Source: an uncultured bacterium
GTDB taxonomy: Bacteria; Babelota; Babeliae; Babelales; JACPOV01
Assembly (NCBI GenBank): GCA_963744715.1
Contig: CAVUUR010000007.1
Span: forward strand, 96,001-160,000
DNA length: 64,000 nucleotides
Reading direction: 5' to 3'
Below the pieces are notes generated by a model. That model made no database searches. It was not told the DNA's origin and worked only from the letters and a program-made list of their open reading frames with translations. Of the stretch, positions 9,245 through 18,952 are shown one piece after another; position 1 is the first letter of the stretch, and each line of letters opens with the position of its first letter. The position numbers were made by a program, and so were the translations under genes.

Positions 9245-10972
9245 ATGAACAATATGCTTACCGCCACTGATTATAAAATAAAAATCATATGCTCTTGCTT
9301 TCTACTAAGCCTTATCTTAATTATGGGGCGACTTTTTTATCTTCAGATTTATTTGCATAATAACCTTATTAATCGCGCACACAAAAATTTTTATCGTACC
9401 GAAAAAATTTCCTCACGCCGTGGCAATATTTTTGATTGTAAGGGAAATTTATTAGCAACTAATAGACCGGTTACCATGATTTATTGGCAAGGCATGGAAC
9501 ACGGTGCAAAGGATGATTACCTGGCAACCCTTGCGCAACTAGAACAAATTTTAAAAAAGCCGATTATTAATACGGATCTTCACAAAGCGATTAAAACTGC
9601 CCAGAAACGTGGGAAAAAAGTACTGCTTCACTGCGATACCACCTTTGAGCAGTTAAGTAAAATTAAAGAACTATTCAGCACAAACCCGCATATTATTGTT
9701 ACTACTGACTTTAAGCGATATTACCCGCACCAAACATTGGCAAGTCATATTATTGGGTATATCAACACCTTTGATGAAAAAGCACATGGGAAAATGGGAT
9801 TAGAAAAAATGTTTGAAGATACGTTAAAAGGGGAACATGGCACGTTAATAAAAACAATTAACTCAATGGGAACCAGTTTATTAGAAAAACAAACAAAACA
9901 AGCGCTTGCCGGGCAGGATATTATTACCACCTTAGATTTATCACTTCAACGCATTGCCGAAGACGCATTTCCTCATGATCAGGCGGGTTGCCTTATCATT
10001 ATGGATCCAAAAACAGGAGCATTGCGCACGTTAGTTTCTAGACCAACCTTTGATCCAGATATTTTTCTTAATCGCATTTCCTTAGATACTTGGAATAGCT
10101 TACAAGAGAAAAAACCTTTCTTAAATCGCGCATTAAGCGCGTGTTATCCCCCTGCATCAATTTTTAAATTAATTACGCTGAGCGCCGCTCTTGAACATCA
10201 TATTATTGATTCCGATATGACATTTTTTTGTTGTGGATTTGTAGAATTTAAAGGAAGAAAATATTATTGTAATCGCAAACTCGGTCATGGCAATCTCTCT
10301 ATTGCAGAAGTCATTGCACAGTCCTGTAATATTCCTTTTTTTGAAATAGCCAAAACAATATCCATTGATACCCTTGCTGATTATGCACAACGATTTGGAC
10401 TTGGCATAAAAACAAATATCAATTTTCCTGAACTACAAGGACTCGTTCCTTCAACCCTATGGAAACTACAAACATTAAGCGAAGATTGGTGGCCGGGAGA
10501 AACGCTTTCGGCCGCTATAGGGCAAAGCTACCTTCTTGCTACACCATTACAAATTGCACGCATGATAGCAAGTATTTTTACCGGCTATCTGGTCAATCCG
10601 CGCATAGTAGAAGATGAGCCAATAACACAAATTCCGTTACAGATTAAGGATGAAACAAGAAAATTTTTAAAAAAAGCGATGAAACTTGGGGTAATACACG
10701 GAACCTCTAAAGGCGTTAGCAACATTAATGATTTTAAAATTTATGCAAAAACTGGCACGGCCCAAGTAATTTCATTATCAAAGCAGCAATCCAATGAGCA
10801 CTACCGTGAACATGCTTGGTTTGTAGCCCACGTACAATATCAAGATGAAACCCCACTTACCATAGTAATGTTGGTAGAACATGTAGGATCATCAAAAGAA
10901 GCAACCAAAATTGCTAAAAAACTATTAGTTAATTACCGCACCTTTATGCGTAAAAGTAAGATTTATACCTAA
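9245..10972 (+). CDS. mrdA: penicillin-binding protein 2 (class B transpeptidase)
   Basis: N-terminal TM, RGNIFD, RYYP, PASIFK (SxxK), SCN (SxN), KTGTAQ. Confidence 0.92.
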   Translation: MNNMLTATDYKIKIICSCFLLSLILIMGRLFYLQIYLHNNLINRAHKNFYRTEKISSRRGNIFDCKGNLLATNRPVTMIYWQGMEHGAKDDYLATLAQLEQILKKPIINTDLHKAIKTAQKRGKKVLLHCDTTFEQLSKIKELFSTNPHIIVTTDFKRYYPHQTLASHIIGYINTFDEKAHGKMGLEKMFEDTLKGEHGTLIKTINSMGTSLLEKQTKQALAGQDIITTLDLSLQRIAEDAFPHDQAGCLIIMDPKTGALRTLVSRPTFDPDIFLNRISLDTWNSLQEKKPFLNRALSACYPPASIFKLITLSAALEHHIIDSDMTFFCCGFVEFKGRKYYCNRKLGHGNLSIAEVIAQSCNIPFFEIAKTISIDTLADYAQRFGLGIKTNINFPELQGLVPSTLWKLQTLSEDWWPGETLSAAIGQSYLLATPLQIARMIASIFTGYLVNPRIVEDEPITQIPLQIKDETRKFLKKAMKLGVIHGTSKGVSNINDFKIYAKTGTAQVISLSKQQSNEHYREHAWFVAHVQYQDETPLTIVMLVEHVGSSKEATKIAKKLLVNYRTFMRKSKIYT

Positions 10973-11097
10973 TTCATAATAATTGAAGATTCAACATACA
11001 CCGAACCCGATTTTTTTACCTTAAAACCACAGTAAGATATAACAATTTTTATCTTTATTTATCTATTTATAAGCTAAATATATCATATCTTTTCTAA

Positions 11098-11125
11098 TTG
11101 ACATTATTTTTAATACTGATATACT
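11098..11125 (+). promoter_or_regulatory. sigma70 promoter with extended -10
   Basis: TTGACA-16bp-TATACT, with TG one base before the -10. Confidence 0.6.
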
Positions 11126-11196
11126 CAGTATTAATCAGGTTAAAAAAAAGGTTAATATTTGTGATTTATAGATATTCACATGAAAGGTAAAAAAAT

Positions 11197-11748
11197 ATGA
11201 ATAAAAACATACTAAAATCAGTATCAGCTCTATTGTTAATGAGCCATATTGCATACGTTGGCGCAAGCCAAGAGAGCAGTACTGGTGCAGAACAAGCAAA
11301 AGCATCTTACACTGATAACGAACAATCTGAATATACGGTTGATCAAGATGAGCTTGATAATTCTCACAATCAGTTTTGGGATCAACTGCTGAATCAATCT
11401 CAGCAAAGTGAACTTGAAAGGGAACTTGTTCAATGGCAAGATGCTATTAAGAACAAAAAATTCCTAAAAAATATGAATAAAACAATGATCTTACAAGGCA
11501 TTGGTCTTTGTAGCGTAGCTTTGGCACTTGGTGCAGGAGCTGTATGGATAATCAATGATATGTATCAAACAATAACTAATGAACCTAATCTAGGATTTAA
11601 TCAACCGTCTGCTGGACATGGCATGTGCGTTGCTTACGGATGCGCTGGAGCTTTTTTATTAGGACAAGCAGGTATTGAACAAGTAGTTAACGGATGGAAT
11701 TATACTAAATATCTTACCCAAACTATTAATGATCGTAATAAGAATTAA
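11197..11748 (+). CDS. hypothetical exported protein with two C-terminal hydrophobic segments
   Basis: 183-aa ORF with RBS GAAAGG and signal peptide. Confidence 0.75.
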   Translation: MNKNILKSVSALLLMSHIAYVGASQESSTGAEQAKASYTDNEQSEYTVDQDELDNSHNQFWDQLLNQSQQSELERELVQWQDAIKNKKFLKNMNKTMILQGIGLCSVALALGAGAVWIINDMYQTITNEPNLGFNQPSAGHGMCVAYGCAGAFLLGQAGIEQVVNGWNYTKYLTQTINDRNKN

Positions 11749-11777
11749 ATCTAGAAAAAACTCCTAAGAAAACAAGC

Positions 11778-11863
11778 AGGGAAGCTTGTACAAGATAGTA
11801 GTGCTTTTTGCTGCTTCCTTTCGGACCTGACAAGTTAAACACGCTACCTTTACAAACTTCCCT
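11778..11863 (-). ncRNA. ffs: signal recognition particle (4.5S) RNA
   Basis: Minus strand has the conserved domain IV motif GTCAGGTCCGAAAGGAAGCAGC inside a long hairpin closed by AGGGAAGTTTGTA/TACAAGCTTCCCT; ends approximate. Confidence 0.92.
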
Positions 11864-11885
11864 TATTTTTATGACGTTTTTTAAG

Positions 11886-11977
11886 TGGCGGAGAGAGAGG
11901 GATTCGAACCCTCGATGCCCTTTTCAGGACATACATGATTTCCAATCATGCTCTTTCGACCACTCAGACATCTCTCC
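11886..11977 (-). tRNA. tRNA-Ser(GGA)
   Basis: GGAGAGA/TCTCTCC acceptor stem, CATGA-TTGGAAA-TCATG anticodon arm, long variable arm, GCCA end. Confidence 0.96.
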
Positions 11978-12000
11978 AAATAATCATTAATTACGTAACG

Positions 12001-12921
12001 TTATTTTGTACGGGTTGTCTTAGAGCTTTTACCTTTTTCCTGTCTCCATTCTTTTCCAGGACCAGTCTTAGCTAATTTCCCCTCTTCTTCCTCTTTTGCC
12101 TTAATTAATTCTTTTTTCTTAGGGATTTTTTTTGTATCAACTTCTTCAACCTCTTCAGAAGCAATTACTTCAGGAACGATAATCTCATGTTCCAATTCTT
12201 TTTGTGCTTGAGCAGCTTGTGCTGCTGATTCTTTCTTTTGAACTGCTTTTTGTTGTCCTTGTTTTACCGCGTCAGCTAAATAATCAAGAACAACCTTAAT
12301 TGAACTTGCTGCATCATCGTTGCAAGGAATAATATAATCTAACAATGAAGGATCACTATTAGTATCAACTAAACCAACAACAGGAATACCCATGGCCGCT
12401 GCTTCTCTCAAAGCTGTTTGTTCTTTTTTAACATCAACAACAACAACGGCGCCTACTGGCATAGAAAAGCCTTTTATGCTGCCTACGTTTTTATTTAAAC
12501 GGTCGGCCATCTTTTGGAACGTTACTAATTCTTTTTTGGTATACGAAAATTGATGCGCTTTGTTAATAATATCTTCAAAATGCAATAATTTGGTAACTGA
12601 TTTTCTTACTTGAGAATAATTGGTCAAGGTTCCGCCAATCCATCGATGAATAACATAGGGTGACCCAAGTTCTGTACCTACTTGTGCAACAAGTGCTTGA
12701 GCAACTTTTTTAGTTCCGACCCATAAAATTGTTTTGCGTTCAGCGGCAACTGATGTTAAAAATTGTGCTGCTTTTTCTAAATGTATCGCTGTTTTTGCTA
12801 CATTAATTAAATGGATCCCATCCTTGAAACCCCATATAAATGGAGCCATCTTAGGATGCCAACGGGAAGCTTTATGCCCAAAATGAACATTAGATTCAAT
12901 AAGTTTTTTAATTTCAATCAT
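12001..12921 (-). CDS. rpsB: 30S ribosomal protein S2 with long charged C-terminal tail
   Basis: VHFGH..RWHPKM, VGTKK, RWIGGTLTN, VDTNSDP, IPCNDD. Confidence 0.97.
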   Translation of the reverse strand: MIEIKKLIESNVHFGHKASRWHPKMAPFIWGFKDGIHLINVAKTAIHLEKAAQFLTSVAAERKTILWVGTKKVAQALVAQVGTELGSPYVIHRWIGGTLTNYSQVRKSVTKLLHFEDIINKAHQFSYTKKELVTFQKMADRLNKNVGSIKGFSMPVGAVVVVDVKKEQTALREAAAMGIPVVGLVDTNSDPSLLDYIIPCNDDAASSIKVVLDYLADAVKQGQQKAVQKKESAAQAAQAQKELEHEIIVPEVIASEEVEEVDTKKIPKKKELIKAKEEEEGKLAKTGPGKEWRQEKGKSSKTTRTK

Positions 12922-12934
12922 GAAAAATGCCTTT

Positions 12935-13000
12935 CTGGGTTATAACAACTACTTCTTGGTTGATCTTGATAAGACCATACCACCCACAATAAGAAGTAGG
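12935..13000 (-). promoter_or_regulatory. putative rpsB leader RNA (S2 autoregulatory, t44-like)
   Basis: Stem CTACTTCTT...AAGAAGTAG followed by TTATAACCC just upstream of the rpsB RBS. Confidence 0.45.
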
Positions 13001-13098
13001 AATTCCTATTATTTGTAAAAAATTACGTTTGAATAAAAGTTTAACAAAAAACCAATAAAAAACAATACGTACGTTCTCTTGGTTTTTTTATATTCCCC

Positions 13099-14505
13099 TT
13101 ATCCTATTACTTCATTATTAGCAATTGCTTTACTATACCTTTTGCCTAATAAAATTGCAGTTACCGTCCAAATAGCTACAACAACGGCAAAAAACACTGC
13201 GTGTAAAGACATGAAGAACGCGGAACCTAATAATTCAGCGAAAATATTAAACCCAGATGCTGTGGCGCGTGCCAATTTTGCACCAAAAGCATCAATCCAT
13301 GATTTTGACTTAAATTTCATTTCTTTAACCGTAGGAATATATAAACTTTCACGTACTGGTTGAGCAAATGCATAATTAATAGATTTAAATAAAGTATATA
13401 CTACTGACAATGAAAACCAATCATACGCCAACATACAATAGAGCAATAAAAGACCGGTTGAAAGGGGAACTAGTAATAAACACTTTTCTTCACCCAATTT
13501 TTTTAATAATGCTCGCGTACCTATGAGCGAAATCAAAAACCCAGATAAATGTAAAAAGAAGGATTGTTGAAACAGAAAACAACTTAAATCAGAAATGTTA
13601 TTAGAAGATGAGTGCGCAACACCCAATCTTTGATAACTTAACACTTTATTGACCATCTCATAGAAAAACAACATGCCAAAAATGCCTAAAATATAGGGCC
13701 ATTTTATCATCATAGAAAGTCCTGAAAAAACTCCCATAGGCTGCTGGGATTCGGTACTTTCTTCACTGCGTTGTTTTTCAAATTGATATACGGCTTCATA
13801 ACCATGCAAATTTTTTCCTGGTACCTTTTTAATAAGCATGTAAATCATAAAAGGTACAAAAAACGCTAATAACGAGAAGAAAATGAGCAAAATCTGGTGA
13901 TTCGTGACATCAGAAAAAAAACGTGCCCCGCCAAATTTAGGCGTTAATAAAATCCATGCCAATCCAGCACTTAACATACCACCTATTTTGGACATAGCTA
14001 CCATAAGACCATAATTATTTTTAGCAGCTTCTGGACTATTTATAGAGTTAGCAAAAGCCCAAAAAACGCTGACAACAAAAGGGGTAAAGCCTTCAACAAA
14101 AAAATAAAAAAACCACCCAAATAAACGAACAGGGCTTGTCTGCGTATTATGTAAACCGATTACCGGGTCACCGAGCAAATAGGCACAGGCAAAACCAACA
14201 ATACTATAAAAAAAGCTGTAAATATACAGCAACTGATAGCGCCTAACTTTATCAACAAGAAATGAATAAAAAAGCACCGCGGGTATTAAAACAACAAATT
14301 CTAATAAATTAGCCCAAGGAATATATTCTCTACCAACAATGGCGATAAAAAAGGAATCTCTAAGGTCTCTAATTATCGTGTATGCACCAATAACCAAAAA
14401 AAAGGTAGCCGATAATAATATTAATTTTAAATGTTCACCTTTGTCAGCCACTTTAAAGGCAGTAAGTTTTCGTGCAAAATTAAAACTCATATAGCTTCCT
14501 ATCAA
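13099..14505 (-). CDS. ADP/ATP translocase / nucleotide transporter (TLC/NTT family)
   Basis: Multi-TM protein; RDLRDS, FWAFAN, KSINYA, LYIPT, FKSKSWIDAFGAK. Confidence 0.9.
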   Translation of the reverse strand: MIGSYMSFNFARKLTAFKVADKGEHLKLILLSATFFLVIGAYTIIRDLRDSFFIAIVGREYIPWANLLEFVVLIPAVLFYSFLVDKVRRYQLLYIYSFFYSIVGFACAYLLGDPVIGLHNTQTSPVRLFGWFFYFFVEGFTPFVVSVFWAFANSINSPEAAKNNYGLMVAMSKIGGMLSAGLAWILLTPKFGGARFFSDVTNHQILLIFFSLLAFFVPFMIYMLIKKVPGKNLHGYEAVYQFEKQRSEESTESQQPMGVFSGLSMMIKWPYILGIFGMLFFYEMVNKVLSYQRLGVAHSSSNNISDLSCFLFQQSFFLHLSGFLISLIGTRALLKKLGEEKCLLLVPLSTGLLLLYCMLAYDWFSLSVVYTLFKSINYAFAQPVRESLYIPTVKEMKFKSKSWIDAFGAKLARATASGFNIFAELLGSAFFMSLHAVFFAVVVAIWTVTAILLGKRYSKAIANNEVIG

Positions 14506-14550
14506 TTCTTATGCAATATGCCTAGCAAATATTAATTTTGGTGTATCTAC

Positions 14551-14594
14551 AAAAAAAGCCTTCTAAACTCCTAGAATTTAGAAGGCTTTTTTTT
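14551..14594. terminator. intrinsic terminator between the two translocase genes
   Basis: AAAAAAAGCCTTCTAAA...TTTAGAAGGCTTTTTTTT. Confidence 0.85.
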
Positions 14595-14623
14595 CATATA
14601 TTCAGCTCGTTTTCATATAACGA

Positions 14624-16036
14624 TTAAACTACGATACGATTTTCGTCAACCGCTTTATTAAATTTCTTTCCTAGAAACAAGGTTATGGGGAACCAAACGC
14701 CAATGATTATTAATGAAGCAACCGTACAGGTAGTAATAAATTTATTCAATCCTGCTACAGCGCCATAATTAGCCATATAGGTTTTACGCCACAAATTCAC
14801 GGTTGATCCTAACGCTTTTGAACCACGTGAACCGTACGTTTCAATAAACGCTTGCGATTTATATTTAGCTTCTTTACTGGTTGGAATATACAGTTGCTTC
14901 ATGGTTGGCTGATTTAAACCATAATTGATAGCCTTTGAAAGCACCATAATCCAGAATAAAACACTGATGAAAGGATATGCTTTAAAGGTCAATACAACAC
15001 ATGCTACTAGTATTGGTAAGGATGCTAATGCAGCACCAAGCCCTAAGTATTTTTGAATATTATTAATTTTCAACGAAATACTTAAAAGAGAAATAAGCCC
15101 TACCCATATACCGTAGTAACCTAGGTACACGGTTGCATCATGCGGATTAGGGTATACATCGTTAACAAAGGTCTTAAAATTGAAGTCGAGCACCGTAATA
15201 ATTACCTCATACGAAGTAATTATGGCAAAAATACCAAGCAAATATGAAGAAGAAAGAATTAACCACAAGCCTTCAAAAAAGCCTGGTTCTTCATGATTTT
15301 TTTTATCATTTTTACCGTGATATCCTACTAACTGCTCCTTAGGGACTACTGAAACAAAATAACGAATTAACGCAATGATAACAAACATCATAGCAGCAAC
15401 AAAAACAACTGATCCTGCTAATACTGATGCGCTCGTTCTAGCAGCTTCTGCCGATAATTCTCCTTCAGGGCCAACCTCTATATGAAATAATTTTGTCATA
15501 ATCAAGATTAATGACAATGGGCCAAAAATGTTTCCTAATTGTCCGCCAAAAGCTACAACTGGATAACCACGCTCAGCTGATTCTGGTAACGTTGTATCAC
15601 CAACAAATGCCCAAAATAATGCAACGATGAGTGAACCAAAACTTTCAACGTACACATACCATGCCCATCCCCACCATCTATAAAAATTTGCAGGCCCAGA
15701 ACTTAATCCAAGTGATGGACTCCAGATAAGAAAGGCGAATAGCAATGCTATTGATCCGTAGATGGTACATAATGCATAAAACATTTTTTCACGAGGAAAA
15801 ATGTCTACCAACTTAGAATAAATTAAAATAAGAGGGAAAACGACAATCATCGAAAGAAATTTTGCTTGAGGAATATAGTTAGCCCCCACAACGTTCATAA
15901 ATACTGAATCTTTAAGTGGACGCAAAAACCAGTACGATCCAATTACTAATCCAAATATAAATGATAAAAGTCCAAACTTTTTAAGTTCTCCTTCTTTAAA
16001 ATCTCCCCACCACAAGCGAGTAATTTTGGCAAACAT
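14624..16036 (-). CDS. ADP/ATP translocase / nucleotide transporter (TLC/NTT family)
   Basis: YWFLRPLKDS, ESFGSLIVALFWAF, KAINYGLNQPTMKQLYIPT, YKSQAFIE..GSRGSK. Confidence 0.92.
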   Translation of the reverse strand: MFAKITRLWWGDFKEGELKKFGLLSFIFGLVIGSYWFLRPLKDSVFMNVVGANYIPQAKFLSMIVVFPLILIYSKLVDIFPREKMFYALCTIYGSIALLFAFLIWSPSLGLSSGPANFYRWWGWAWYVYVESFGSLIVALFWAFVGDTTLPESAERGYPVVAFGGQLGNIFGPLSLILIMTKLFHIEVGPEGELSAEAARTSASVLAGSVVFVAAMMFVIIALIRYFVSVVPKEQLVGYHGKNDKKNHEEPGFFEGLWLILSSSYLLGIFAIITSYEVIITVLDFNFKTFVNDVYPNPHDATVYLGYYGIWVGLISLLSISLKINNIQKYLGLGAALASLPILVACVVLTFKAYPFISVLFWIMVLSKAINYGLNQPTMKQLYIPTSKEAKYKSQAFIETYGSRGSKALGSTVNLWRKTYMANYGAVAGLNKFITTCTVASLIIIGVWFPITLFLGKKFNKAVDENRIVV

Positions 16037-16469
16037 ATAATCCTCTCTGTTATACCATTATTTTAATATATTTTTACTTAAGTTATATTTTCACGAATTA
16101 CTATATTAAAGATTAATCATTTGTAAAAATTCTGCAAGCATAGTCTACAAAAACCCTTTTTTCATACCATTTTTTTAATTTCAATTATATACCATTCTAG
16201 CTTTTATACTATCAAAAATAGCTAATTTAAGGAATAATACCATAATTTTATTAATACTACCCATTATGACATTTACTAACCATCTATTCTTTGATACAAT
16301 TAAACTATCTTAAAAAAAATTATTAAGCAGCTTTCCTGAATGAAATAGGCAATAAAAAAGCTGTAGCTTTAATAATTACCGTAAAAAAATTAATTTAGAA
16401 AAATATATCGTTTTTCTATTATTTTTATTATCAAATAGAAATTGTTGTATCTTGAAATTAAGGCGACTT

Positions 16470-18921
16470 ATGACAGCAGATGAAATAAAACATCAACAAG
16501 AGGATTCACTTTCTGAAAAAAATAGCCTTTTGTTGCCACTTCTTCCGTTAAAAAATATTATTATTTTGCCAAAGAGCATACATCCCATTATTGTTGGAAG
16601 AGCTATTTCAATCAAAGCAGTTGAATATGCCTTAAATCATGATAAATCTATTTTTATTTCAACGCAAAAAGATCAAAAAGTAGAAAATCCAACCGAACAA
16701 GATGTTTTTGAATACGGCACCCGCGCTACTATTTTACAGATGATGCGCATGCCAAATGGATCATTAAAAATTTTAGTTGAAGGCATTTGCCGAGCAAAAA
16801 TAATCAAGGCTGAACAAATCAATGGTTTTTTGGCAGTGCATTGTCATGATTTACCAACTATAAATTTAGAAAAAACCATAGAAATAGAAGCATTATGGCG
16901 TCATCTAAAAAAGCTATATGAAGCTTACACAAAACTTAATGAAAAAGTGCCATTAGATCTTATGACCATGGCAAAAAATGTTGAAGACATGGATGCTATA
17001 GCCGATACCTTGGCAGTGCATTTAAATCTTTCTTTTGACGAACGCCAAGACATTTTAGAAACCAATGATTTACAAGAACGGCTTATTAAACTTAATAAAT
17101 TTTTGTCTAAAGAAATCGAAATTCTTGAAACGGAACAGCGCATCAAGGGAAGAATTCAAACGCAAGTTGAAAAAAGCCAACGCGAATATTATTTGACTGA
17201 ACAAATTAAAGCTATTCAAAAAGAATTAGGCCGCGAAGATCAACAAAGCAGAAATTCTACAAATACGCGCTAAATTAAAAACATTAGGTCTTTCACCAGA
17301 AGCTGCTGAAAAAGTTGATAAAGAGCTTCGCCGCTTGAACAAATGCCCCCGCTTTCATCAGAAGCGGTTGTTTCTCGCCATTATATTGATTGGATTATTT
17401 CATTGCCATGGAAAAAACAAAGTAAAGACACCATCAGTCTTCCGCAAGCAGAAAAAATTCTTAATAAAAAACATGCGGGGCTTATAAAAGCCTAAAGAAC
17501 GTATTATCGAGTTTTTAGCAGCAAAAAAATTTTCTAAAACAATTGAACGATCTCCTATTATTTGCCTTGTTGGCCCTCCTGGTGTTGGGAAAACATCACT
17601 CGCACATTCTATTGCAGAAAGTTTAGGTCGAGAATTTGTACGAATTTCATTGGTGGTATTCGTGATGAAGCTGAAGTACGAGGACATCGAAGAACATATA
17701 TCGGCGCACTTCCTGGCAAAATTATTCAAGCAATGAGAAAAGCAAAAACGCTCAATCCGGTCATTTTCCTTGATGAAATAGATAAGATCTCGCGTGATGT
17801 ACATGGCGATCCGGCAGCAGCATTACTTGAAGTACTTGATCCGGAACAAAATAAAGCATTCGTTGATCATTTTTTAGAAATTGAATACAATCTCTCAAAA
17901 GTAATGTTTATAGCTACGGCAAATATGATTGAAGGGATTCCTTTTCCACTTTTTGATCGAATGGAAATTATCACGCTGCCTGGTTATACGGAAGCATGAA
18001 AAGGTAGACATTGGCCACCAATTTCTTATTGCCTAAAAATTTACAAGAATATGGCCTAACTTCAAGACAATTCAAAATTTCAAATGACATTATTGCAGAT
18101 AATTGTTTCACACTACACCAAAGAAGCTGGCGTCCGCCAACTTGAACGTATCATTGCGAAATTAATGCGTAAAACTATTCAAGTTTTATTAAATGATAAA
18201 GAAGTAAAAAGTGTTACTATCACTCATGACCTATTAAAAGAATGGCTTGGTCAACCTAAATTTAAAAAAACAGTCCTTGATCAAACCAAAGAGCGCATTG
18301 GATTAGCAACAGGACTTGCTTGGACAGAATTTGGTGGCGATGTACTTGAAATTGAAGCAACGGTGATTATCAGGCAAAGGCGCGCTTAACCTTAACTGGT
18401 CAACTTGGTGAAGTCATGCAAGAATCTGCTCACGCAGCTTTAAGTTATATACGTTCACGCGCAACAGAGCTTAGGACTTTCCAATGGCGTTTTATGCTTC
18501 AAAAGATATTCATATTCACATTCCTGAAGGAGCTACACCAAAAGATGGTCCTTCTGCAGGCATAACCATGTGCGTTGCTCTCGTTTCAGCACTTACAAAA
18601 AATCCAACGTTACCTGATGTTGCTATGACTGGAGAACTTACCTTGCGGGGAAGAGTTCTTTCTATCGGGGGACTCAAAGAAAAACTTCTTGCCGCCCAAC
18701 AACATGATATTAAAACAGTGTTGGTACCAAAAGAAAACGCCGATGACGTCGATGAAATCTTAAAAGAAATTAAGATCAATCTTAATATTGTTTTTGTTGA
18801 TAATATGGATGAGGTATTAAAACAGGCATTGTCACACGATCCATTCAAAAAAAATAATAGTAAAATAGCGCATGAAAAAAAACGCAAAGAACTGAGTAAT
18901 AAGAAAAAATCACGTAAATAA
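16470..18921 (+). pseudogene. lon: Lon protease broken by many frameshifts (probably sequence error)
   Basis: Fragments in different frames: LON_N domain, [49 protein letters not shown]. Confidence 0.9.
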
Positions 18922-18952
18922 TCACCAAATAAAATATAATATTCGCATATTC

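Noticed and set aside
11808..11990. 60-aa ORF on the + strand
   Set aside because: Antisense to SRP RNA and tRNA-Ser.
16470..18921. Programmed frameshifting or alternative genetic code in lon
   Set aside because: Too many breaks in both directions and no consistent slippery motif; other genes read normally in the standard bacterial code.
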